Source: Maribacter sp.
GTDB lineage: Bacteria > Bacteroidota > Bacteroidia > Flavobacteriales > Flavobacteriaceae
DNA: 64,000 nucleotides
Reading direction: 5' to 3'
Assembly: GCF_039968975.1 (NCBI RefSeq)
Contig: NZ_JBDVOT010000185.1
Span: forward strand, 3,807 to 67,806
Each line of letters starts with the position of its first letter. Position 1 is the stretch's first letter. Shown in pieces: positions 9,656-18,416 of this stretch. The notes beneath the pieces were generated by a model. It searched no databases. It saw only the letters and a list, made by a program, of their open reading frames with translations, and was not told the origin of the DNA. A program made the translations under genes and the position numbers.

Positions 9656-10492
9656 ATGTCACATATAAATTCTAACATAATCACTAAAGATTATCTAGTA
9701 ACGCAGGAACAATTTGAATTAGAATATGATTCAAAAACAGACATGCTAATCACAAAACCTGTACCTAAAAATCTAGAAAAATATTACGACCCAAATAACT
9801 ATATTTCTCATTCTGATAATGGAAGTAGTATCCTTGAGAAAATTTATCAGGCAGTTAAAAAATATACATTAAACAAAAAAGTAAAACTTATAGATAAACA
9901 AAATACTAATGAAAAATATCTTTTAGATATAGGTTGCGGAACTGGTGAATTTTTAAATGTGGCTAAAAACAAAAATTGGAAAGCATTAGGGGTTGAGTTA
10001 AATGATAGTGCGAGAAAGAAAGCAGTAGATAAAAAACTAGATATTTATAAATCATTAGAAGATTTAAATAATCAAAAATTTGATGTTATTACACTATGGC
10101 ACGTACTAGAACATTTACCAGATTTAGAAAATCAAATTAAAAAAATAAACTCATTACTTAGAAAAAATGGTACTTTAATAATCGCAGTACCTAACTATAA
10201 GTCTTATGATGCGCAATACTATAAAGAGTACTGGGCTGCTTATGACACACCAAGACACCTTTGGCATTTTTCTCAACTAGCAATTAAAAATATATTTTTA
10301 AAAGAAAAATTGATAGTTACAGAAACGCTACCAATGCACTTCGATTCTTATTATGTTTCCATTTTATCAGAAAAATATAAAAATGGTTCATCTAATTATC
10401 TCAAAGCATTTTATCATGGATTATTGTCAAATTTAAAAGCTAAGACCACAGGAGAGTATTCTTCGCTAATATATGTGCTTAAAAAACAGTAA
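9656..10492 (+). CDS. class I SAM-dependent methyltransferase
   Basis: 278 aa. Motif I is LLDIGCGTGEF, with a downstream FDVITLWHVLEHL typical of the Methyltransf_11/23 type. Confidence 0.8.
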   Translation: MSHINSNIITKDYLVTQEQFELEYDSKTDMLITKPVPKNLEKYYDPNNYISHSDNGSSILEKIYQAVKKYTLNKKVKLIDKQNTNEKYLLDIGCGTGEFLNVAKNKNWKALGVELNDSARKKAVDKKLDIYKSLEDLNNQKFDVITLWHVLEHLPDLENQIKKINSLLRKNGTLIIAVPNYKSYDAQYYKEYWAAYDTPRHLWHFSQLAIKNIFLKEKLIVTETLPMHFDSYYVSILSEKYKNGSSNYLKAFYHGLLSNLKAKTTGEYSSLIYVLKKQ

Positions 10493-10702
10493 TTAGTTAT
10501 TTAAAGCTTATTTAAGCGTTAAAATAATCAAAACTATATATAATTATATAAAAATTACAAAAACCTCTTAAATATAGCTTAAAATCAGTCATTATAATAA
10601 ATAAAAACAATTTAAGATTAATAAACCATCAATAAATCTTATAAATAGGAAATATTGAGTATTTATACCAATCTTAAAATATTTTCATTCTAAAAGCTTT
10701 AT

Positions 10703-10710
10703 TACTTTTG
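10703..10710 (+). promoter_or_regulatory. candidate Bacteroidota sigma-A -7 element (TAnnTTTG)
   Basis: TACTTTTG lies 21 nt upstream of the ompH-like ATG in a 238-bp AT-rich spacer. This is a motif match only. Confidence 0.3.
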
Positions 10711-10730
10711 CAACACATAAAAATGAAAAA

Positions 10731-11237
10731 ATGAAAAACCTAATTTTAATTTTCGCTATCGTATTATTAGCATCTTGCAAACAAGAAAAAATTGGATACG
10801 TTGATAACGTAAAATTGATGGATGAATACCAACAAAAAATTGATGTTGAATCTAAATTCAAAGTTAAGGCAGATGCCTTAGCAAAAACTAGAGATAGTAT
10901 TTCTCAAGCTTTTCAAATTGAAGCTCAAGCTTTTCAAACTAAAGCTCAAAAAATGTCTCAATCAAAAGCTCAAGAAGAATATGCAGCAATGCAACAAAGA
11001 GGTCAAATGATCGGTCAACAATTACAACAACAAGACCAACAATTACAAATGGAAGGTCAGACTGAAATGGATAGCATAGTTTCTAAAGTAAAAGAAGAAA
11101 TTAAAGCCTACGGTAAAACAAACGGATACTCTTACATTTTAGGTGGTGGTGACGGTGGTAGCGTTCTTTATGGAACAGAAGCAAATGACCTTACTGATGA
11201 GATAGTAAAATTACTTAACGATAAGTATAAGAAATAA
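10731..11237 (+). CDS. OmpH/Skp family periplasmic chaperone
   Basis: 168 aa with a lipoprotein-like signal (LLASC) and a Q/E/K-rich coiled-coil core (..QQRGQMIGQQLQQQDQQLQ..) typical of OmpH. Confidence 0.8.
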   Translation: MKNLILIFAIVLLASCKQEKIGYVDNVKLMDEYQQKIDVESKFKVKADALAKTRDSISQAFQIEAQAFQTKAQKMSQSKAQEEYAAMQQRGQMIGQQLQQQDQQLQMEGQTEMDSIVSKVKEEIKAYGKTNGYSYILGGGDGGSVLYGTEANDLTDEIVKLLNDKYKK

Positions 11238-11254
11238 ATTAATATACTATTTAT

Positions 11255-11284
11255 AAAAAAGCCGGTCATTGACCGGCTTTTTTT
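11255..11284. terminator. bidirectional rho-independent terminator between convergent ompH-like and lysE-like genes
   Basis: AAAAAAGCCGGTCATTGACCGGCTTTTTTT: a 7-bp GC stem with an A-run on one side and a T-run on the other. Confidence 0.85.
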
Positions 11285-11963
11285 ATTCTACAGAATGTGT
11301 TTCAAACCTTTCTAATTCCTGCTCAATATTGAATTGATCCTTAGGTAAAAATCCTTTTACTATCAGAACTATTCCGCATATTACCAATATAACTCCTATA
11401 ATCTTCTTTACATAAACAATCCTCTTGGCTGTTAGCTTACGTTTAAGTTGTTTTGCCAAAAGAATTTTAAATACATCAGTTACAAAATAGGAGAGAAGTA
11501 CAGTTGCAAAAAAAGTAAAGAAACGATTAGGCTGATTATCTAAAGTAGGACCTATAATTATTATAATTCCTAACCAGAAAACAAGAACACCAATATTGAT
11601 AAAATTGAGTAAAAAACCCTTTACAAAAAGACCAAAGTAATCTGATTTTTTAATCTTCTTAGAATCAACAGGAATCTCTTTTTTATCAACTTTAAAAAAA
11701 GTTACAAGACCATAAACCAACAGTATAACACCGCCAAAGACATAGAGACCAGGCTGATTACTTAAATTTTCTAACAGTTGGAAACTACTAAAATAAGCAA
11801 CAAGAATAAATAGTACATCTGCCAGTAAAACACCAACATCAAAAGTAATAGCAGCTCTAAAACCTTTTACTGCACTTGTTTGTAATAAGACAAAGAAAAC
11901 CGGCCCAACCATAAAGCTTAGGAAAAATCCTAAAGGAATTGCTGCCTGTATATCTTCTAACAT
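11283..11963 (-). CDS. LysE family translocator (amino-acid exporter-like)
   Basis: 226 aa with about six hydrophobic helices. The N-terminal pattern G..LS...GPV.F.LLQTS...G is typical of LysE/RhtB. Confidence 0.8.
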   Translation of the reverse strand: MLEDIQAAIPLGFFLSFMVGPVFFVLLQTSAVKGFRAAITFDVGVLLADVLFILVAYFSSFQLLENLSNQPGLYVFGGVILLVYGLVTFFKVDKKEIPVDSKKIKKSDYFGLFVKGFLLNFINIGVLVFWLGIIIIIGPTLDNQPNRFFTFFATVLLSYFVTDVFKILLAKQLKRKLTAKRIVYVKKIIGVILVICGIVLIVKGFLPKDQFNIEQELERFETHSVE

Positions 11964-11966
11964 GTA

Positions 11967-12647
11967 TTAATGCATTCTTTTAATGGAACCACCAAATACC
12001 GTTTTCTCTTCAAGTTTTTTAGGGTTACCAAATACCAAAACTTCTCCACCTGCTTTCACCGTTGCCTTTACGTAATCCTTAGCATTAATTTCTGCCCTAG
12101 AACCCGCATTTACATTTATTGTCGAAAAATTGGTAACGAAACCTTTACCTTCATAAATACCACCGGTGTTTATTTGAACGTCTTGTAAATTTGAAGAACC
12201 TGCAGTTCTAATAACTCCGCCAGAAACCGACTTTATTAACATTTGTTCAACCTCTGCACTAACAATCAATTCTCCACCTTCTTGGGCTTTCAATTCTAAT
12301 ACATCTTGTTCAATAATATCTTCAGTAACAATTCTGGCATCTTCATTAACATCAATGACCAAAATATCACTAGCATAATATAAATCTATAAAGGTTTTAT
12401 AGCCACTGAAAATTTTACCTATTTGCATTCTAATCTTTAAGACGCCGTCGTTATTAACAATGACTACTTTGCCCGTATTTTCACCTGTAATAATAACCTT
12501 ATTTTCTGAAGATTTTATAAGGTTTATTGACAAACCATCAAAACCCTTTAATTCTTTAAAAGATTCTAAATTTTGGGTAACCTTATTATCTTGGGCAGTA
12601 ACCGAAAGACATCCTAAGAGAAACATTAAAATTAAAACTTGTTTCAT
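11967..12647 (-). CDS. head GIN domain-containing protein (DUF2807, putative auto-transporter adhesin head)
   Basis: 226 aa with a signal peptide. Repeated beta-strand units (V.I.G.....V......L.I) match DUF2807-type proteins. Confidence 0.7.
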   Translation of the reverse strand: MKQVLILMFLLGCLSVTAQDNKVTQNLESFKELKGFDGLSINLIKSSENKVIITGENTGKVVIVNNDGVLKIRMQIGKIFSGYKTFIDLYYASDILVIDVNEDARIVTEDIIEQDVLELKAQEGGELIVSAEVEQMLIKSVSGGVIRTAGSSNLQDVQINTGGIYEGKGFVTNFSTINVNAGSRAEINAKDYVKATVKAGGEVLVFGNPKKLEEKTVFGGSIKRMH

Positions 12648-12734
12648 TCTTTTCTATGTAATTTATTTAAGTAAACATCTTAAAATTAAAATGTTTACTT
12701 ATTTCAGCCATGTTATACCAAAATCTATTCCAAA

Positions 12735-14927
12735 TTATTTATTGTCATCCGGAATTAAGGCAAAATCTAAATGCCTTTTTATAAGATCGGTGCTTTTAAC
12801 CATAACGGTAATTTCATCACCTAAGGTATATTTTTTCTTGGTACGTTCACCAATAATAGCATATTGCTTCTCATCAAAGATATAATAATCTCCCTTGATG
12901 TCCCTAATACGAATCATACCTTCACATTTGTTGGCAATGATTTCAACATAGATTCCCCATTCCGTAACACCACTGATAACTCCACGAAATTCTTCATCTT
13001 TATGGTCTTGCATAAATTTGATCTGCATGTACTTAATAGAATCTCTTTCAGCACTTGAAGCTAAATATTCCATATCTGAAGAATGCTTACATTTCTTTTC
13101 AAATTCTTCTGCATTTGCAGAACTACCACCATCAAGATAATGTTGTAATAGCCTATGAACCATTACATCTGGGTATCTTCTAATTGGAGAAGTAAAATGT
13201 GTATAGTAATCAAACGCTAACCCATAATGACCAATATTATCTATAGTATAGATAGCCTTGCTCATACTTCGTATAGTAAGGGTATCTACCATATTCTGCT
13301 CTCTTTTACCTTTTACATCTTGTAATAATTGATTCAAAGAAGAACTAATAGATTTTTTATCCTTAAAATCTAATTTATGACCAAACTTAGAAACGATACC
13401 ATTTAAAGCCATTAACTTGTCTGGATCTGGATCATCATGAATTCTATAAACAAAGGTCTTTTTAGGCTTTTGCTTTCCTATAAATTCAGCCACTTTTCTA
13501 TTGGCTAAAAGCATAAACTCTTCAATAAGTTTATTAGCATCTTTAGATTCTTTGAAGTAAACTCCTATAGGCTCACTATTTTCATCTAAATTAAATCTTA
13601 CTTCTACTTTATCAAAAGAAAGCGCACCTTGATCCATACGTTTAGAGCGCATTATTTTAGCAAGCCTATCCATTTCTAATGTAGCTTCTACAACGTCTTT
13701 AGAAACCGTGTAAGCAGCTTCTCTGATAGATATATCCTCTGGTATGTTACCATTACCGTTCTCAATGATATATTGGGCTTCTTCATAAGCGAAACGTTCG
13801 TTAGAATCGATTACAGTTCTTCCAAACCATTGATTTCTTATTATAGCGTTCGTATCTAATTCAAAAATGGCAGAAAAAGTATACTTTTCTTCGTTAGGTC
13901 TCAATGAACATGCATTATTAGAAAGTACCTCTGGTAACATTGGTACCACACGATCTACTAAATAAACAGAGGTAGCTCTTTCATAAGCCTCGTCATCTAA
14001 TATGGTATTTTTTTGTAGATAATGAGAAACATCTGCTATATGAATACCTATTTCATAATTACCATTTTCAAGTTTTTGAAAAGAAAGGGCATCATCAAAA
14101 TCTTTGGCATCTTTTGGATCTATAGTAAAAGTGAGAACATTACGTAAATCTCTACGCTTTTTAATTTCTTCTTCTTTTATACTGGTATCTAAACCATCAG
14201 CGAAATTTTGAACATCTTCAGGAAAAGAATAAGGTAAACCGTACTCTGCTAAAATGGAATGAATCTCTGTATCATGCTCACCAGGTATACCCAATACTTC
14301 GGTAACTCTACCAAAAGGGGAATCTACATCTGCTGGCCAGTCAGTGATTTCAACCAAAACTTTCTCACCATCTTGGGCACCGTTCAATTTATCTTTAGAG
14401 ACAAAAATATCAGTATACATTCTAAAATCTGAAGGTCTTACAAAAGCAAATGTCTTTTGCATATCAACAATACCTACAAAAGTAGTTTTGTATCTTTCAA
14501 GTACTTTAACTATTTCGCCCTCAAGCTTTTTACTCTTTTTACGTGGGTAGATATAAACTTCTACTTTGTCTTTATGAAAGGCTTTATTTAATTTATTGGC
14601 AGGGATAAAGATATCATCATCCATACCATCAACTACAATATATGCATTACCCTTACCGGTAACATCTACCGTACCTTCATGGTAAGATTTTGTATTTTCT
14701 AATACTTTATATTGACCTCTATCAATTTCTTGAATTCTTTTTTTCTCTTTGAGCTCGGTTAACCTTTTAATAAGGGTATTTCTATCTTGAGCATCAGTTA
14801 TATTTAATTTAGCAGCAATCTGCTTATAGTTGAAACTTTTATTCGGCTCTTTTTCTAGAACTGTAAAAATTCCTCTTGTAATTTCGTTCTTTCTATGATT
14901 CTTCGCCTTCTTATTCTTCTTTGACAT
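12735..14927 (-). CDS. rnr: ribonuclease R
   Basis: 730 aa. The RNB catalytic region is TIDPKDAKDFDDALS...IHIADVSHY, and there is a C-terminal S1 domain (GVISGVTEWGIYVEI). Confidence 0.95.
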   Translation of the reverse strand: MSKKNKKAKNHRKNEITRGIFTVLEKEPNKSFNYKQIAAKLNITDAQDRNTLIKRLTELKEKKRIQEIDRGQYKVLENTKSYHEGTVDVTGKGNAYIVVDGMDDDIFIPANKLNKAFHKDKVEVYIYPRKKSKKLEGEIVKVLERYKTTFVGIVDMQKTFAFVRPSDFRMYTDIFVSKDKLNGAQDGEKVLVEITDWPADVDSPFGRVTEVLGIPGEHDTEIHSILAEYGLPYSFPEDVQNFADGLDTSIKEEEIKKRRDLRNVLTFTIDPKDAKDFDDALSFQKLENGNYEIGIHIADVSHYLQKNTILDDEAYERATSVYLVDRVVPMLPEVLSNNACSLRPNEEKYTFSAIFELDTNAIIRNQWFGRTVIDSNERFAYEEAQYIIENGNGNIPEDISIREAAYTVSKDVVEATLEMDRLAKIMRSKRMDQGALSFDKVEVRFNLDENSEPIGVYFKESKDANKLIEEFMLLANRKVAEFIGKQKPKKTFVYRIHDDPDPDKLMALNGIVSKFGHKLDFKDKKSISSSLNQLLQDVKGKREQNMVDTLTIRSMSKAIYTIDNIGHYGLAFDYYTHFTSPIRRYPDVMVHRLLQHYLDGGSSANAEEFEKKCKHSSDMEYLASSAERDSIKYMQIKFMQDHKDEEFRGVISGVTEWGIYVEIIANKCEGMIRIRDIKGDYYIFDEKQYAIIGERTKKKYTLGDEITVMVKSTDLIKRHLDFALIPDDNK

Positions 14928-15573
14928 TAAACTTTTAATTTATTGGAAAATTACGAATTATAATCCACTAGCTGTTATTCTACTTCTTATTGAAAAGTTA
15001 AGTAAATGAGTTGTTATTAACATATATATCATATTAGACATTTTTTCTTTTAAATTAAATTAAATATTAATGATTATTATAGCTTGTTAATATCTAGAAT
15101 AACTTATTTCTATATTACTTGTCTTTATGAGATACTAATACTTGTTGACAATATGTTTTATGAAACTACAATTGAAAATCAGTATTTTGAAGAGTTATTA
15201 AACATGGTTTATAAGTGCTATTAACATGAATTTATTAATAACTAAATGTAATTTTAATGTTAACTAGGGATGTTAATTTGATGAAAATCCTCTAATAGTT
15301 TCTAATATTTAAATTCGTCTTCAGAGGATTAAAAGTGTAAGCAGATGTTAACCTTAATAACCAAATTTTTTAGCAACTTTTTCTAAACAATTTATGCATT
15401 AAGTAATCTTGCTTATAACATACTAATTAACAATTTTTATTAATACCATGATAACTATTGTTGTGAACCCCTCGTTTTTTGTTGTGAATGCCTGATTATT
15501 GTACCTTTAGCTTGGTTTTGTTCCACCCCCACTGGATATAAACAAGAACTATTAACCTTTAAATTCTACGCAT
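14928..15573. other. unusually long, extremely AT-rich divergent intergenic region (rnr <-> rpiB) with repeated TGTTAA/TTAACA hexamers
   Basis: 646 bp with no ORF of 60 aa or more. Sampled lines are about 15% GC. There are seven TGTTAA/TTAACA copies between 15017 and 15432, and a TTGTTGTGAA direct repeat at 15458 and 15479. Confidence 0.6.
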
Positions 15574-16002
15574 ATGAAAATAGCTATTGGTAATGACCAC
15601 GCTGGTACGGAATACAAGTTAGCTATTATAGGTTTACTAAAATCTAAGCAAGTTGAAGTTATTAATTATGGTACAGATGGCACTGATAGTGTAGATTATC
15701 CAGATTTTGCACACCCTGTAGCACTAGATGTTGAAAATGGTACTGCAGACTATGGTATTTTAATCTGTGGTAGTGGTAACGGGGCTTGTATGACCGCTAA
15801 TAAACAACAAAATGTAAGAGCGGCCCTTTGTTGGACCAAAGAAATCACTAAACTGGCAAGAGAACATAATGATGCAAACATTTTAAGCCTACCTGCAAGA
15901 TACATAGCGTTACCGCAAGCACTAGAAATGGTCTCTACCTTTTTAAATACTTCTTTTGACGGTGGTAGACATGAACGTAGAATTGAAAAGATTCCGCTTT
16001 AA
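15574..16002 (+). CDS. rpiB: ribose 5-phosphate isomerase B
   Basis: 142 aa. MKIAIGNDHAG...ILICGSGNGACMTANK carries the active-site Cys context, followed by ..LSLPAR. Confidence 0.93.
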   Translation: MKIAIGNDHAGTEYKLAIIGLLKSKQVEVINYGTDGTDSVDYPDFAHPVALDVENGTADYGILICGSGNGACMTANKQQNVRAALCWTKEITKLAREHNDANILSLPARYIALPQALEMVSTFLNTSFDGGRHERRIEKIPL

Positions 16003-16114
16003 TAGATAGTTATTACAACTATGTTGATAACCTAAAATAGTTATTATAACCATTTATAAATCATATAGTTATTTCATAATAGATATGAACATAACTAGTT
16101 AATTGAATAATTTA

Positions 16115-16558
16115 ATGTTAGATATTAAGATAAAGAGTTTCAAAGAATTTGATATTGAAGAACTATATAATGTACTACAGTTAAGAAGTGAAATTTTTGT
16201 AGTGGAGCAAGATTGCGTGTATCAAGATATAGATGGTAAAGATGCCAAGGCTATTCATATAATAGGATATAAAAATAATTCTGTAGTGGCTTATACCCGT
16301 ATTTTTAAACCTGGTGATTATTTTGACCAAGCCAGTATAGGCAGAGTAGCCGTACATAAAGATTTTAGAAAATTTGGTTATGGAAAAGTAATCATGCAAG
16401 CTTCTATTGATGCAGTAGAAGAACATTACAATACCTATGAAATTAAAATTTCAGCTCAAAAATACCTAACCAAGTTCTATACTGATTTAGGCTTTAATGC
16501 CACAGGAGAAGAGTATTTGGAAGACGGTATACCACATATAGCAATGATCAAAAAATAA
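16115..16558 (+). CDS. GNAT family N-acetyltransferase (ElaA-like)
   Basis: The ORF is open from a TTG at 16103; the first ATG is at 16115. LYNVLQLRSEIFVVEQDCVYQDIDGKD is the ElaA-type signature, and RKFGYGKVIM is the acetyl-CoA site. Confidence 0.8.
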   Translation: MLDIKIKSFKEFDIEELYNVLQLRSEIFVVEQDCVYQDIDGKDAKAIHIIGYKNNSVVAYTRIFKPGDYFDQASIGRVAVHKDFRKFGYGKVIMQASIDAVEEHYNTYEIKISAQKYLTKFYTDLGFNATGEEYLEDGIPHIAMIKK

Positions 16559-16585
16559 AAAAGACCGCTATAAGCGGTCTTTTTT
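16557..16585. terminator. bidirectional rho-independent terminator
   Basis: AAAAAAGACCGCTATAAGCGGTCTTTTTT lies between the convergent GNAT gene and ORF 16606..16980. Confidence 0.85.
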
Positions 16586-16605
16586 AATATGTTGTTTTTA
16601 TATGT

Positions 16606-16980
16606 TTAAATTTTGATAGGTGTTTTATTACTAAGGTTAATATCCTCTAACATATTATCGGTAAACTTATAATGGCCTTTTGTAGTTATAATCCTAAATC
16701 TGTTAGAATTCATTCTACTCAAAGTATCTAAAAACAACCACTTAGATTTAAGTAACCTAGTTTTTGTAGATTTTAGACTGATATCAAAATAATATTTTCT
16801 ACCATTTTTGATAGCTACAATATCTGGAGTAACATTGTCTTCCAAACCTTTTCTTGAATATGATTTAGGAGTTTCATAGCCTTCCATATCAGCTTTGATA
16901 TTCTCGAAACCGGTAGCTTCTAAATGTTGAATTGACTTTTCTAAAAATTCTACGTTTTCTGACTTTTCTACTTTTACCAT
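16606..16980 (-). CDS. hypothetical protein downstream of the m5C methyltransferase
   Basis: 124-aa ORF on the same strand as the methyltransferase, 150 nt downstream of it. I recognise no family. It contains the string TPDIVAIKNGRKYYFDISLK. Confidence 0.5.
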   Translation of the reverse strand: MVKVEKSENVEFLEKSIQHLEATGFENIKADMEGYETPKSYSRKGLEDNVTPDIVAIKNGRKYYFDISLKSTKTRLLKSKWLFLDTLSRMNSNRFRIITTKGHYKFTDNMLEDINLSNKTPIKI

Positions 16981-17130
16981 ACCTAATAAAATAACAAAAA
17001 AATAGACAATTCCTAATTTTAAACGTTGATTAACAATATGTTGAGTTTAAAAACAGATTTTAAACAACTATTATTTAAAGTATGGTAACAGGGAAATATG
17101 CACTATAAAACTAGAAAAGAGAAAGTTATA

Positions 17131-18360
17131 CTAGGTCGATCTTATTTTGTTTGAAAGAACTTTACCTATTTTTTTGACTACACCTACTACCAAAGCATTA
17201 CCCATAAAAAAAGCTCTTTTAGTATTAGAGATACCTTCAAATAAAGTATGATTATCGGGGAACATATTTAGTCGTTCCAATTCTACGGGAGTTAATCTAC
17301 GTAATCCTTTTTTTGTGTTGATAACATGTTTAAAGCGCGATGCACTCTTACCACCTTCACCCGTTATGATTGTTCTTGAGGCGTTATCTAAGGCATCAGG
17401 AAAAATCATGCTACCTTCATTATAATGATAGGCAAAACCAGATTTAGAAGTTCGGGTTTCTTTTTTAGCACCTTTTAGATAATACCATTTATCATGCTCC
17501 TCTTCAGGAATATAAAATTCTTCTGGTATATTTCCTTTCTGCAAAATATCTGCTAAGACCGTTCTTTTACCAACATAACTGGGGGTAGTTTTGGTGGTAT
17601 ATATTTTTCCTTTAATGAATACTCCGGTATTTTGAAAAGGAGATAATTTTTCGCCTAGATTGAAATTTTCAGATAGTGAAACAAGATCTTCGGTAATATC
17701 AAATGAAATCATTTTAGAAGAAGTAGTTGTTATGGGAAATGCTGTTGCAATTGTTCCTTTTTCAAAAATCCATTCTTCGGCTTTGGCTTTTTTAAATTGT
17801 TTGTAAAGTGGGGTAGATTTATGATAGCCTAAGAAAAAAATACGTCTACGTCTTTGGGGCATTCCGTAATCTGCAGCGTTAATAACTCTCCATTCTACAG
17901 CATAACCTAAGTCATCTAAACTTTTAAGCATAATTGCAAAATCTCTGCCTCTTTGGTTTGATGGAGACTTTAATAAACGATCTACATTTTCAAGAAATAA
18001 GTATTTAGGCGGATTTTTCTTTTCCGATAAAATTCTATGGATACTCCACCATAAAACCCCCTTTTTACCAATAAGTCCTTTAGAGTTATTTAGGGTAGCC
18101 GCAACTGAATAATCTTGGCACGGAAAGCCACCTACTAAAATATCGGCATCAGGTATGTCTTTAGTAGGTACTTCAGAAATATCTTCGTTTCTATGATTTT
18201 TAGAACCAAATCTGGCTTCATAAACGGTTGAGGCATGCTGCGCTTTCGTACTAGGCTCAAATTGATTGCTCCAAACTACCTCGTAGTTCTCGGTATCCTC
18301 TAATCCTAAGCGAAATCCGCCAACGCCAGCAAAAAGTTCTATGACCTTTAGTTTCTTCAT
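17131..18360 (-). CDS. DNA (cytosine-5)-methyltransferase
   Basis: 409 aa with the canonical m5C motifs: I ELFAGVGGF, IV GGFPCQDYS, VI LFLENV, VIII QRRRRIFFLGY, IX RRLTPVELERLNMFPDNHT, X GNALVVGVV. Confidence 0.93.
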   Translation of the reverse strand: MKKLKVIELFAGVGGFRLGLEDTENYEVVWSNQFEPSTKAQHASTVYEARFGSKNHRNEDISEVPTKDIPDADILVGGFPCQDYSVAATLNNSKGLIGKKGVLWWSIHRILSEKKNPPKYLFLENVDRLLKSPSNQRGRDFAIMLKSLDDLGYAVEWRVINAADYGMPQRRRRIFFLGYHKSTPLYKQFKKAKAEEWIFEKGTIATAFPITTTSSKMISFDITEDLVSLSENFNLGEKLSPFQNTGVFIKGKIYTTKTTPSYVGKRTVLADILQKGNIPEEFYIPEEEHDKWYYLKGAKKETRTSKSGFAYHYNEGSMIFPDALDNASRTIITGEGGKSASRFKHVINTKKGLRRLTPVELERLNMFPDNHTLFEGISNTKRAFFMGNALVVGVVKKIGKVLSNKIRST

Positions 18361-18416
18361 TTGCGATAAAATTACATAATTTCACAAGGCTAATACTATT
18401 AGAAATTATTTTAGAG

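Noticed and set aside
12460-12885. A 141-aa plus-strand ORF bridges the DUF2807 gene, the spacer and the rnr 3' end. Similar antisense ORFs occur in gltX (1101..1475, 1741..1950), rnr, the S8, M1 and S10 peptidases, lepA, the radical SAM gene and the Kelch gene.
   Set aside because: All are antisense or out of frame relative to genes with strong family motifs, and they have I/F/L/S-rich low-information translations typical of AT-rich shadow ORFs.
14928-15573. I considered calling the rnr-rpiB spacer oriC outright.
   Set aside because: parS, mnmG and rnpA proximity is suggestive. However, I found only 7/9 DnaA-box matches, no clear box cluster and no DnaA-trio, and I cannot compute GC skew here. 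I kept it as a hypothesis in the findings, not as a feature call.
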